Shown: piece after piece, positions 17,493 to 27,121 of the stretch | Position numbering within the stretch: position 1 is the stretch's first letter | How the letters are laid out: each line of letters begins with the position of its first letter | NCBI GenBank assembly: GCA_045545335.1 | Contig: JAZQAS010000130.1 | Span: forward strand, 1-60,900 | Length of the DNA: 60,900 bases | Reading direction: 5' to 3' | Source of the DNA: Candidatus Avispirillum sp. | GTDB lineage: Bacteria; Bacillota; Clostridia; Oscillospirales; CAG-272 | Made by a program: the position numbers and the translations under genes | The notes under the pieces: generated by a model | The model's input: the letters and a program-made list of their open reading frames with translations, nothing else | Database searches by the model: none | What the model was told of the DNA's origin: nothing

Positions 17493-17524
17493 AAAGATCC
17501 GCCCAACGGGCGGATCTTTCTTTT
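17493..17524. terminator. Bidirectional terminator
   Basis: AAAGATCCGCCC-aac-GGGCGGATCTTT is flanked by A- and T-runs and lies between convergent genes. Confidence 0.8.
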
Positions 17525-17535
17525 GAAATTATAGA

Positions 17536-18705
17536 TCAAAGAGCCTTTTTCAGAACGTCAACGAGGTCTGTCTTTTCCCAGGGAGCGTTAAGGTCCTCGC
17601 GTCCCATGTGGCCGTATGCCGCAAGGTCTGCGTAGATGGGTCTTCTGAGGCCGAAGCGCTCAATGATAGCCGCAGGGCGCATATCAACGTTTTCAATAAG
17701 AAGGTCTGCAATATCGCTCTCGCTGATCTTGCCCGTGCCGAAGGTGTCAACCATTACGGAAACGGGCTTTGCAACGCCGATAGCGTATGCAAGCTGTATC
17801 TCGCACTTTGTTGCAAGGCCTGCCGCAACAACGTTTTTAGCAAGGTAACGGGTCATATAAGCCGCGCTTCTGTCAACCTTTGTGGGGTCCTTTCCGGAGA
17901 ATGCGCCGCCGCCGTGGCGGGAGTAGCCGCCGTAGGTGTCAACTATGATCTTTCTTCCCGTAAGTCCTGTGTCGCCTGCAGGTCCGCCGATAACGAAGCG
18001 GCCCGTGGGATTGATGTGAAGGATGGTAGCATCGTCCATCATATCACCTGCAATAGGTCTGATAACGTGCTTTTCAATATCCGCTCTGATGGTCTCGAGA
18101 GTAACCTCGGGGTCGTGCTGAGTGGAAACTACAACGGTGTCAACGCGAACGGGCTTGTCGTTCTCGTATTCGATAGTGACCTGAGTCTTTCCGTCGGGAC
18201 GGAGGTAGGGAAGAGTACCGTTCTTTCTCACCTCGGTGAGGAGCATAGCCATCTTGTGAGCCATAGAGATGGGAAGGGGCATAAGCTCAGGGGTCTCGTC
18301 GCAGGCAAAGCCGAACATCATACCCTGGTCGCCGGCGCCCGTGTCGCCTATCTCAGCCTCGCCGGCCTTTGACTCTGCAGAGTTGTCAACTCCGAGAGCG
18401 ATATCGCAGGACTGCTCGTGGATAGAGGAGAGAACGCCGCAGGTGTCGCAGTCAAAGCCGTACTTTGCGCGGTCGTAGCCGATCTTGCGAACAGCCTCTC
18501 TTGCAATGGTGGGGATGTCAACGTAAGCGGTGGTCGTGATCTCGCCCATAACGTTGATAAGGCCCGTGGTAACGAAGGTCTCGCAGGCAACTCGCGCCAT
18601 GGGGTCCTCCTTGATGATGGCGTCAAGAATAGAATCGGAGATCTTGTCGGATATTTTGTCGGGATGTCCCTCGGTAACAGACTCAGATGTAAAAAGTCTT
18701 CTCAT
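17536..18705 (-). CDS. metK: S-adenosylmethionine synthase
   Basis: Motifs are [24 protein letters not shown] and [19 protein letters not shown]. Confidence 0.97.
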   Translation of the reverse strand: MRRLFTSESVTEGHPDKISDKISDSILDAIIKEDPMARVACETFVTTGLINVMGEITTTAYVDIPTIAREAVRKIGYDRAKYGFDCDTCGVLSSIHEQSCDIALGVDNSAESKAGEAEIGDTGAGDQGMMFGFACDETPELMPLPISMAHKMAMLLTEVRKNGTLPYLRPDGKTQVTIEYENDKPVRVDTVVVSTQHDPEVTLETIRADIEKHVIRPIAGDMMDDATILHINPTGRFVIGGPAGDTGLTGRKIIVDTYGGYSRHGGGAFSGKDPTKVDRSAAYMTRYLAKNVVAAGLATKCEIQLAYAIGVAKPVSVMVDTFGTGKISESDIADLLIENVDMRPAAIIERFGLRRPIYADLAAYGHMGREDLNAPWEKTDLVDVLKKAL

Positions 18706-18706
18706 T

Positions 18707-20083
18707 TTATTTCTTTCCTTTCTTTTTCTTTGCTGATATATTGTTTTTTAATTTTTGAATCATAGAAAGCTTCTTTTCGCCCGCCCCGCAGTACGTGTCC
18801 ATATCTGCCGTTATATCGGGAACGGGGGTGTCGCGGTCGATGAATATCTCGTCTGCGTCAAGCTCCTGTACCTTTGGGGGATCGGCCTTGTAGAACTCGG
18901 TGCTCCTCGGCATATTGCGCTTTTTCAGGCGCCTCTCGGAGGACTGCTTCACAAGGGCGTAAATAACGGCAACCGCAGGAACGCCGATGACCATACCGCC
19001 AAAGCCGAAGAAGCCGCCGCAGACCACAACTGCGATGACCACCCAAAGGGCGCCGATGCCGATGGAGTCTCCGAGGATCGCAGGGCCGATAACGTTTCCG
19101 TCAAGCTGCTGGATGAGAAGCACGATGATGATGAATATGAGAGTATACTCGGGAGAGGAGATAAGAACGATAAGCCCGCCGATAACGCCGCCGATGATGG
19201 GGCCGAAGGTGGGAACCACGTTCGTCACTCCGAGGATAACTGCAAGAAGGGGATAATAGGGCACCTTGACGATCCAGAGAACTATAAAGGAAAGAATGCC
19301 GATTATGAGAGAGTCGATTATCTTTCCCACGATGAAGCCGCCGAAGGTGCGGTGGGTGTAGCGCATAAGGCGCACGGTGTTGAGATAAGCGCGGCGGGAA
19401 ACGAGAGAAGCGAGAAGCTTCTTTGCCTGAGCGCATATCTTTTCCTTTGTTGCAAGGAAGTAGAAGGCAACGAATATGCCCATCAGTATGTTAAGCACCT
19501 CGCCGACAAAGCGACTGCCTATGGAAACGATGTCGTTGAAGCGCTGACTCAGAAAGCTGACGGTGTTGAGGATAATCTCCTTGAAGTTCAGAGTGATATC
19601 GTGGTCTGCAAGAAGCTCTGTAAGGGTGGAGTAGCTCTTGTTGAAGAAGAGCTCGGAATACTTGACGGTGAACTCGTCAGCAAGGACCTGAATGTTTGTA
19701 ACGTAGCCGTTGATGTGGCCGACGAAGTCGTTAACGCTTGACACGGTCTGAGGAACGACAGCGTAAGCGATGACCGCAAGAAAGGCAAGCATGGTGACCG
19801 TGGTGAGGATAAGAGAGAGTGTGCGGCGAAGAGGGTGCATATCTCTCTTGGCCTTCTTGAAGGTCAGGAGCTTTCGCTCGTAGAAATTCATAACGGGGTT
19901 GCAAAGATAGGCAATGATAAATCCGTAAGTAAAGGGTGCAAGAACGGCAAAAACCTTTCTGACAGCGCCGTAAACTGCGGAAAAATTCAGGATAGCCAGA
20001 ATTATAACGGCGGAAAAGACGATGACAGCCGCGGCATACAGCGCAACGGTCGCATATTTCTCGTTTTTCTTGAAATTGAACAT
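18707..20083 (-). CDS. AI-2E family (PerM/UPF0118) transporter
   Basis: It is a multi-TM protein with the conserved [25 protein letters not shown] region. The start was set to ATG 20083, behind GGAAAGGAG; the ORF track starts at 20107. It ends 1 nt from the metK start. Confidence 0.85.
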   Translation of the reverse strand: MFNFKKNEKYATVALYAAAVIVFSAVIILAILNFSAVYGAVRKVFAVLAPFTYGFIIAYLCNPVMNFYERKLLTFKKAKRDMHPLRRTLSLILTTVTMLAFLAVIAYAVVPQTVSSVNDFVGHINGYVTNIQVLADEFTVKYSELFFNKSYSTLTELLADHDITLNFKEIILNTVSFLSQRFNDIVSIGSRFVGEVLNILMGIFVAFYFLATKEKICAQAKKLLASLVSRRAYLNTVRLMRYTHRTFGGFIVGKIIDSLIIGILSFIVLWIVKVPYYPLLAVILGVTNVVPTFGPIIGGVIGGLIVLISSPEYTLIFIIIVLLIQQLDGNVIGPAILGDSIGIGALWVVIAVVVCGGFFGFGGMVIGVPAVAVIYALVKQSSERRLKKRNMPRSTEFYKADPPKVQELDADEIFIDRDTPVPDITADMDTYCGAGEKKLSMIQKLKNNISAKKKKGKK

Positions 20084-20160
20084 AATACTCCTTTCCGTAT
20101 AATACAATAAAATATCCTACTCATTATATTTTATAACATATAAAAGCCGCGGTCAATAGC

Positions 20161-20191
20161 AAAACAAAAAACTCCCGTCGGCTGACGGGAG
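20161..20191 (-). terminator. Leader terminator (riboswitch expression platform)
   Basis: On the minus strand, CTCCCGTC-agcc-GACGGGAG is followed by TTTTTTG. It lies between the aptamer and the transporter start. Confidence 0.6.
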
Positions 20192-20203
20192 AAAATATCG
20201 CTT

Positions 20204-20293
20204 TATCCATCATTCAGCCTTTAGCACCTTGCCTTTGCGGTAGGTTGCTGTGCGGTCCCAGGGGCTGTCCCTTGCGCACTCTTTATGGTCAAG
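20204..20293 (-). promoter_or_regulatory. SAM-I-clan (S-box-like) riboswitch aptamer candidate
   Basis: The minus strand reads CUUGACCAUAAAGAGUGCGCAAGGGACAGCCCCUGGGACCGCACAGCAACCUACCGCAAAGGCAAGGUGCUAAAGGCUGAAUGAUGGAUAAAG. This matches the S-box core AGAG..AGGGA..GCCC..GA..GCAACC..GGUGCUAA, but P4 appears minimal or absent. metK is downstream. Confidence 0.55.
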
Positions 20294-20634
20294 CTATTCT
20301 AACACAGCGGGGAGGGGAAGTCAATACGGAAAATGGGTAAAATGAGTAAAAATTGCAACATTTTTGTAAAATCGTAACCTTTGATAAAAAGAAAAAAGAG
20401 GTAAAAATTGACAAAAAAAGCCACAATAATCGGCAAAATAGGTGAATAATTGCAGGTTGCACAAAAAAACAGAGATAATTTTGTTATATTTTATTCTCAA
20501 AATATGCTACATTTTTCGCTGAAGAATGGTATAATTATATAAAGTATTCGGGCGGGGCAATTTATGCCCATTTCCCGTTGCAACGGCAATTTTTTTCTAA
20601 GGAGGAGGCACTGTAAAAACAGTGCTGTAGAGCG

Positions 20635-23148
20635 ATGTTAGAAAGACTTTGGGAATATCTTTCTCGCCACGTAAAGATAGCGGCAAAGAGCGTATTCCTC
20701 AACTTCAAGCAGTATTGCTGCTTCTTCGCTGCGATATTCATTATCCAGCTGCTTTATGGTATGATGGCGATCGCCGCCACAAATAACAACACTGTTGCTT
20801 ATGAGCAGATCGACGAAGCTTATGAGTATCACTACGTTGTTAGCAACCTGACACAGGGCCAGTATAACTATCTTGCGGAGTATAAGAACCCCGACTACGG
20901 TCTTACCGACAAGAACAGACAGGCCTACGTTATCGTTGATACCGTTGAGCGTTACAACTCAAAAGAAATGAAGAACGAATATGACGTGTATATTCGTTTC
21001 GGTAAGCTTGACCGTAAGACCGGAGAGATGGCAGACGAGGAGACCGTACAGAAGTACCGTCAGTGGTTCGAGCTTAACTACGTAAATAAGCTTGCATCCC
21101 TCGAGCCTTCTTATGCAACACCTAACTTCTCCACAGAGGCAACGATGCTTCTCGAGTATGAGGACAGAGTAGAGGCAAACAACAGAGGCTTCTGGGTGAT
21201 CACGCTTATCCTGCTTGTGCTTTCCGTATTCCTTCTGACCTCTATTTACAACATCAGAATGAATCAGTACAAGTTTACATACGGCGTATACATGACCTTC
21301 GGCGCGGACTTCAAGATGCTGTTTATCACAGCCTTCTGGGAAATGTTCGTTATCATGCTGGTCATGTTCATTCCCGCAGTTCTCGTATCCACTCTCGTAG
21401 TATTCCTCATCTATCTCCCCTCAGGCTTCTCCTTTGCCTTTGACGGATGGGTAATACTCAAGCTGTTCCTCTTCGGAACTCTCGTAGTTCTCACCTCTGT
21501 ATTTATGCCCATGCGAGTCACCTCCATGCGTAACCCCATGAGCCTTATCATCACAGAGGATAACTCCAACCTCGTAACCTCTCCCAGAAAGTCCTTCAAC
21601 CTTCTCGGCAAGTCCTTCCCCGGACACTACGAGATGTACTCTCTCTGGAGATTCAGAAAGTATAACGTACAGCTGCTCACTTCAGCTATCATCTTCTGTG
21701 CGCTGTTCATCTGCGGTCTGTACCTTGCTAACATCTATACGACTGACCTTGATTATCCCAGAGCTCAGTTCGAGCTCACCATTGATCCCGAGGGTACCGA
21801 CGGAGCATACGATAAGGTGCTCAGCGACGATATCCAGCAGATCAACGAGGAGTTCAAAAAGGAGTATGGCGAGGAGCTTTCCGAGTACGGCGAAGAGTTC
21901 GCGGCTGATTTCCAGGCTATCAACGCTATCGTTGCTACCGGTAATGCAACTCCTACCGCAGAGGATACCGACTTTGCTCAGTCCCCTGCAACAGAGGCTA
22001 AGTATATCAGCTCCTTCATGCTGGTAAATAAGAAGAGCATCAAGCCCTTCGCATCCGGCTTCTTCGTATACGATACTGAGGATTCCTACTCCAAGTATGA
22101 GGGCGAGGGCAGCTATAAGGTAACCAACACAGTTGTTTATAAGGCTGTTGACCCCAAGAACTACGAGGACTTCTTCAACTTCCTCAGCCAGTATAAGATC
22201 GAGGGCGACGTAACAAAGATCCTTGAGAGCAACGGCGATAAGCAGTACGTTATCATCGGCGACTCTATCTCCAATATCTCCAAGTTCAACTTCAAGATCG
22301 GCGATACCGTAGCAGTTTCCACCTATAAGGGTGCGGTAACAGCGGTTGACTCCAACCTCACCGGCAGAAACCTGCTCCGCAGACAGATCAAGAACTTCCA
22401 GTATGACTACACCACCCTTGAGGTATGTGCAGTCATCAAGGATATCCCCTCCGGCAGCGTTCCCGTATATATGCTCAATGATATATATGAGAAGATAACC
22501 GGCAGAAGCCCCACCACAACAACACTTAACATCTATACATACTCCTCCGATTACGGCGAGAAGGATGTATTTATGATGGAAGGCAAGCACATCGACTTCC
22601 TCGAGGCAAAGCTCCGTGAGATGGTATCTGCGGACGGCTTCTCCAAGGTCGGTGGTATGAAGGTCCGCGACCTCAATCAGCTTGCAGAAGACAATATCAC
22701 GGAAGACGAGCACTATAACGAGCTTTATATCGCCATCTCCGTACTTATCCTTTGCATTTCACCTATCATCTGGTTCTTCTCACAGATCCTTTACTACTTC
22801 AAGCGTGAGAAGGAGTTCAATATTATCCAGTCTATGGGTGCAAACGGTAGTGATATCAGAAAGATCTACCTCATCGGTGGTTTGAGTATGGCAGTAATGT
22901 CACTTATCGTAAGTATCATACTTTCATTCCTGGCAAGCTATCTTATGTTCTATGCGTATAACGTAGTAGTACCTAACTTCTCAGGCGAGTATGTACGTTA
23001 CACCTTCTATATGCCTTGGTATGCTCTTGCGATCGCCATCGTAATGTCCGTAGGATGCGGCTTCTTCTCCGCATATCTGCCCTATAAGAGCTACTTCAAG
23101 AACCGCTACTCACTTGAGAACGGCGGCGGCGGTAAGGACGACGAATGA
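20635..23148 (+). CDS. FtsX-like ABC transporter permease (large, two FtsX-type membrane modules)
   Basis: 837 aa with TM clusters near residues 180-300 and 700-820 and a large extracytoplasmic segment between them. An ATPase gene follows. Confidence 0.8.
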   Translation: MLERLWEYLSRHVKIAAKSVFLNFKQYCCFFAAIFIIQLLYGMMAIAATNNNTVAYEQIDEAYEYHYVVSNLTQGQYNYLAEYKNPDYGLTDKNRQAYVIVDTVERYNSKEMKNEYDVYIRFGKLDRKTGEMADEETVQKYRQWFELNYVNKLASLEPSYATPNFSTEATMLLEYEDRVEANNRGFWVITLILLVLSVFLLTSIYNIRMNQYKFTYGVYMTFGADFKMLFITAFWEMFVIMLVMFIPAVLVSTLVVFLIYLPSGFSFAFDGWVILKLFLFGTLVVLTSVFMPMRVTSMRNPMSLIITEDNSNLVTSPRKSFNLLGKSFPGHYEMYSLWRFRKYNVQLLTSAIIFCALFICGLYLANIYTTDLDYPRAQFELTIDPEGTDGAYDKVLSDDIQQINEEFKKEYGEELSEYGEEFAADFQAINAIVATGNATPTAEDTDFAQSPATEAKYISSFMLVNKKSIKPFASGFFVYDTEDSYSKYEGEGSYKVTNTVVYKAVDPKNYEDFFNFLSQYKIEGDVTKILESNGDKQYVIIGDSISNISKFNFKIGDTVAVSTYKGAVTAVDSNLTGRNLLRRQIKNFQYDYTTLEVCAVIKDIPSGSVPVYMLNDIYEKITGRSPTTTTLNIYTYSSDYGEKDVFMMEGKHIDFLEAKLREMVSADGFSKVGGMKVRDLNQLAEDNITEDEHYNELYIAISVLILCISPIIWFFSQILYYFKREKEFNIIQSMGANGSDIRKIYLIGGLSMAVMSLIVSIILSFLASYLMFYAYNVVVPNFSGEYVRYTFYMPWYALAIAIVMSVGCGFFSAYLPYKSYFKNRYSLENGGGGKDDE

Positions 23149-23228
23149 TCGTACCTTAAAAACTAAAAATAATAATTAACTAAACCAAACGATAGAGACG
23201 GCAAAGTCCGTCAGGAAAGGATAAAATA

Positions 23229-23957
23229 ATGGCTAATACTGAGTATATGCTTCAGACTGAGAGCGTTATCAAGCAGTACAGACAGTCTGATTCCGTTATT
23301 ACCGCGGTAAACCGTGCTAATATTAAGATTGAAAAAGGTGAGTTCGTAGCTATCATCGGTTCCTCCGGTTCCGGTAAGTCCACGTTCCTTCACATCTGCG
23401 CAGGTCTTGACCGCGCAAACGCAGGCCGTATCATCATCGACGGCCAGGAGATCACAAAGATGGGCGCCGACCAGCTCGGCCGCTTCAGAGGCGAAAAGAT
23501 GGGCTTCATTTATCAGAAGCACCACCTTATCCCTCAGTTCACAGCTCTTGAGAACATCCTTCTTCCCACAGTAATGTGTAATAAGTCCGATGCTTCCTAT
23601 CAGGAGTCTCTCCGTGAGCTTGTAGAGTGCCTCGGCCTTTCCGAGCGTCTCCACCACCTCCCCTCCGAGCTTTCCGGTGGTCAGTGTCAGAGAGTAGCTA
23701 TCGCCCGTGCTCTGATCAATAACCCCCAGATCCTCTTCGCAGACGAGCCTACAGGTAACCTTGACCGTACAAACGCAGACGAGGTTCTCCGCCTCCTCCT
23801 CAAGATCCGTGAGACCCGTGGCCAGACCCTTATGATGGTAACCCACGACCTTGCGATCGCAGAGAAGGCAGACCGTATCTTCCGTATGGATAACGGTATC
23901 CTCTCTCTCGACCGCGACTATCTCGGCGGCAATAAGAAGACGATCGTTTCTTATTAA
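23229..23957 (+). CDS. ABC transporter ATP-binding protein (MacB/LolD-like)
   Basis: Walker A GSSGSGKST, signature LSGGQCQR and Walker B ILFADEPTGNLD. Confidence 0.92.
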   Translation: MANTEYMLQTESVIKQYRQSDSVITAVNRANIKIEKGEFVAIIGSSGSGKSTFLHICAGLDRANAGRIIIDGQEITKMGADQLGRFRGEKMGFIYQKHHLIPQFTALENILLPTVMCNKSDASYQESLRELVECLGLSERLHHLPSELSGGQCQRVAIARALINNPQILFADEPTGNLDRTNADEVLRLLLKIRETRGQTLMMVTHDLAIAEKADRIFRMDNGILSLDRDYLGGNKKTIVSY

Positions 23958-23966
23958 TCAAAAACG

Positions 23967-23996
23967 AAAAGCCTCCCGACCTCGGGAGGCTTTTTT
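23967..23996 (+). terminator. Rho-independent terminator
   Basis: GCCTCCCGA-cc-TCGGGAGGC followed by TTTTTT. Confidence 0.85.
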
Positions 23997-24054
23997 AGTG
24001 GCTCAATTGTTAAGATCATTCGTCTAATTTTGGTTTGACGGGGGAAGAGAAAAA

Positions 24055-24196
24055 GTGATGAGCACTTCGTGCGCGATGAGACCTTCGGTCACGATGGTTT
24101 CCCTACGGGAAAACGATGATATGATTGCCTATATAACTTGCCGCAGGCAATCATCGTTTGGCTAAGCCAATTATCGTTTGCCGAAGGCAATCATAG
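24055..24196 (-). repeat. Word-hairpin array, CGATGAT dialect (copy 1, inverted relative to 55082 and 56061)
   Basis: Its reverse complement aligns with the arrays at 55082-55225 and 56061-56204. The words are ATCATCG/TCATC with hairpins GACC-gaa-GGTC and TTCCC-gta-GGGAA. It lies downstream of the 3' end of the minus-strand ABC-2 gene, after two small hairpins (24198-24240). Confidence 0.8.
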
Positions 24197-24250
24197 TTGG
24201 GCACATAGTGCCCCACAAACCGTAATTTGATTACGTTTTGTTATTCTCCA

Positions 24251-25027
24251 TTATGAGCCCGTTGACTTATAATGACGCACCCCTGTTTTCCATAATACTG
24301 CGCTTGGTACTATGCAAATACAGGCAACCAAAGGAAGAAGGCAATAAAGCACGTTATCGCTTTTTCCTATCACGTAAAGCAGTGGATAATACTGTATCAG
24401 CGCTAAGGGAAAAACGTATGTAAATATCCGCAGTACCTCTTTTCCGTATATACCGAAGGGATAAACTCCGAATTCCCGCGTGCCGTATGTAAAGATATTC
24501 AGCGCCTCCGGACGGGATATTGTGAAAAAGCATATCGCTCCTTCAAGAACGAAGAAGGAGCAGTAAAGCACGATGCCGGAAAGCAGCATTCCTATAAATG
24601 TCAGGATCTTTATAATATCCCATTGAACGTTGCAGCTCAGAAGCGCGAGGATAAGAACGAGAATTGCTTGAAATAGCCGCGCAAGTCGGAATATCTCAAT
24701 ATCGTTGCAAAGAACCATAAACGCTTCGTTTTTCGGGAAAAGGAGTATTCTGTCAAATCTTCCACCCGAGATCAAGGCCGAAAAGCTCTCAAAGCTTCGG
24801 AAAAAGCATTCGGAAAAGAAGAACGAAATGGTGACCACCGCATAGCAAAGAAATATCTCGCTTTTGGAAAATTCCTTCACAGTATTAAATCTTGAGAGAA
24901 GAAAGAAAACTGCAGCAAAGGAACAAAAGGCAATAAAGAAGTTCCCGACGAGGGTCATAAAGAATGAGGCCTTGTATTGCATTCTGCTTTTTAGGCTTAT
25001 AAGGAAAAACTTAAAATACAGCTTCAT
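24251..25027 (-). CDS. ABC-2 family transporter permease
   Basis: 258 aa, polytopic, and the last gene of a three-gene ATPase-permease-permease operon. Confidence 0.75.
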   Translation of the reverse strand: MKLYFKFFLISLKSRMQYKASFFMTLVGNFFIAFCSFAAVFFLLSRFNTVKEFSKSEIFLCYAVVTISFFFSECFFRSFESFSALISGGRFDRILLFPKNEAFMVLCNDIEIFRLARLFQAILVLILALLSCNVQWDIIKILTFIGMLLSGIVLYCSFFVLEGAICFFTISRPEALNIFTYGTREFGVYPFGIYGKEVLRIFTYVFPLALIQYYPLLYVIGKSDNVLYCLLPLVACICIVPSAVLWKTGVRHYKSTGS

Positions 25028-25028
25028 A

Positions 25029-25859
25029 TTATCCCCCCTGTATGACCACTCTTTTCAAGGAACGCGAGGTCAGGATCCGTCCCCAAATGAAAAGGAAAGC
25101 AAGCCAGAATACTTGTAAAACAAGAGAGAAAACGATCGCCTCTCCCGTTATATTTCCGCTGTAAATACGGAAGGGAATATTTGACATCGCCGCAAAAGGG
25201 GAGAGCTCAAGAATCTGCCGAAGTCCGTCGGGAAAGAAGGGGAGGGGAATAAGATCTCCGCAGAGAAGCTCTCCAACCGACACGAAAATTACTCTGATGC
25301 CCTTTGAGTTCATCGTATGAAACGTCAGCGCGTATATTATCATTTGCATGGAGCAGACGTTCAAAAGCGCAAAAAGCATAGTCAAAGCAAACATAAAAAG
25401 TGCTTTGGGGCTTTGAGGCAGAGACAGACCGTATGGAGCGGGCAATATAAGTGAGAACAGTATAATCGGCCCACACCGCAAAAGAGTATTTGATACCTTC
25501 ATTGAAATGACCTTGGAAAACCACATTGCGTATACGTCAATAGGCCGGACAAGCTCATAAGCAATATTGCCGTTTGAGATATCGTTGAAGATGCTCTCGT
25601 CAAAGGTATACTGATTGAAAAGAGCAAGGAAAGCTTGCCTTAGCCACACGTACGTGGTAGTCTCGGCTATACCCATTGGAAATGCCGCAGGGTCGCCCTC
25701 CCAAAAAGCTTTGTACAGAAGGACGTTAAAGATACCCCAGAAGACCTGAGTAACGATTCCCGAAAGGGCCGCTGTTCTGTACTGTATTCCCGTATTGAAT
25801 CTGATGCGAAAATAGCTGAGGTATTTTTGCAAAGGATGAAACAGAGTAAGCATTTTCAT
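25029..25859 (-). CDS. ABC-2 family transporter permease
   Basis: 276 aa and polytopic. It lies 1 nt upstream of the next permease and overlaps the ATPase stop. Confidence 0.75.
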   Translation of the reverse strand: MKMLTLFHPLQKYLSYFRIRFNTGIQYRTAALSGIVTQVFWGIFNVLLYKAFWEGDPAAFPMGIAETTTYVWLRQAFLALFNQYTFDESIFNDISNGNIAYELVRPIDVYAMWFSKVISMKVSNTLLRCGPIILFSLILPAPYGLSLPQSPKALFMFALTMLFALLNVCSMQMIIYALTFHTMNSKGIRVIFVSVGELLCGDLIPLPFFPDGLRQILELSPFAAMSNIPFRIYSGNITGEAIVFSLVLQVFWLAFLFIWGRILTSRSLKRVVIQGG

Positions 25860-26830
25860 ATGGCAAACTCCCGATAAAGGGATACCACAAGCTCGTCTGT
25901 GGATTCCGAGTCAAGGGTAAGATCGGTAATGTCAGCATCCCTTGCGATCTCTTGAATTACCCTTGAAACGCTGATAACGCCGGTATCAACGGACAAAGTG
26001 CAATGACCGCCGCGCTCGTCAAGGATAACAGAGCCTGCAGGCGGTGTAACGGTTCCGCCGTTGTAGCTGACTGTCAGCCGTTTTAGCTTAGAAGAACGGG
26101 ATCTAAGCTCCGAGAGCGTGCCGTCAAGCAGTATCTTTCCCCGTCCGATAAGCAGTATACGGTCAGTCAGTGCCTCGATATCCTGCATATCGTGAGTGGT
26201 GAGAATGACCGTTGTTTTCTTTTCTCTGTTAAGTCCCTTGATAAAATCACGAACTGCAATTTTAGAAACAGCATCGAGACCGATCGTGGGCTCGTCAAGG
26301 AAAAGTATCTTCGGGTCGTGGAGCAGAGCACCCGCGATCTCGCATCGCATCCTCTGCCCAAGGCTGAGCTGGCGCGCAGGCGTTTTCAATATCTCCGAGA
26401 GAGATAAAAGCTCGCACATCTCAGAAAGATTTTTCTTGTAGCGCTCTTCGGGAACAGCGTAGATATCCCGAAGCAGCTCAAAGGAATCAATAACGGGAAC
26501 GTCCCACCATAGCTGACTGCGCTGCCCGAAAACCACACCGATGTTTTGAACGTGGCGCCTTCTGTCCTTCCATGGGGTAAGTCCGTCAATAGTGCAGCTG
26601 CCGCTGTCAGGTGTAAGGATGCCGCTCATAACCTTCACCGTGCTGCTTTTACCTGCACCGTTTGGGCCGATGTAGCCCACCGTTTCGCCTTCGCCGATAG
26701 TAAAGGAAACTCGGTCAAGAGCCTTTATCTCCGTGTATTCACGGGAGAAAAGGGCCTTAACAGCCTCCTTCATGCCGGCGTTCCTTTTGGCGATCTTAAA
26801 AGTTTTGCTGATGTCCTTCAGCTCGATCAT
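25856..26830 (-). CDS. ABC transporter ATP-binding protein
   Basis: Walker A GPNGAGKSST, signature LSLGQRMR and Walker B ILFLDEPTIGLD. Confidence 0.9.
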   Translation of the reverse strand: MIELKDISKTFKIAKRNAGMKEAVKALFSREYTEIKALDRVSFTIGEGETVGYIGPNGAGKSSTVKVMSGILTPDSGSCTIDGLTPWKDRRRHVQNIGVVFGQRSQLWWDVPVIDSFELLRDIYAVPEERYKKNLSEMCELLSLSEILKTPARQLSLGQRMRCEIAGALLHDPKILFLDEPTIGLDAVSKIAVRDFIKGLNREKKTTVILTTHDMQDIEALTDRILLIGRGKILLDGTLSELRSRSSKLKRLTVSYNGGTVTPPAGSVILDERGGHCTLSVDTGVISVSRVIQEIARDADITDLTLDSESTDELVVSLYREFAI

Positions 26831-27039
26831 AAATGATCTCTCCTTTCATAGGGGCAAAAAGAAAAAGCCCCCGCTCATTTGAAAAACGGAATGCCGGAGT
26901 AACAAAGCATTCACAACAAGACGTTTTTGCGCCTTGTTTTTCGCGAGAGGAGCGAAAGGAATCAAATTATACCACCGCTTTGTGAACGGAATATAACCGA
27001 AATGTAAACATATCAAATATATCTGCAAAAGATTGGCGC

Positions 27040-27068
27040 TTGACATAAACGGCGTTTTAAGATAAAAT
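27040..27068 (+). promoter_or_regulatory. Sigma-A promoter
   Basis: TTGACA, 17-nt spacer, TAAAAT, about 55 nt upstream of the GHL10-like gene. Confidence 0.55.
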
Positions 27069-27121
27069 AAGTGTCATATAAGAGTGTGCGGACAAGTATA
27101 ATAGACTGAAGGGACGGTGAA

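Noticed and set aside
26831-27039. A 66-aa ORF (26846-27046) and a possible leader structure lie upstream of the ABC ATPase gene.
   Set aside because: The ORF lacks an RBS and overlaps the likely promoter (extended -10 TGgTATAAT on the minus strand). The GGGGGC..GCCCC hairpin is too close to the RBS to interpret without data.
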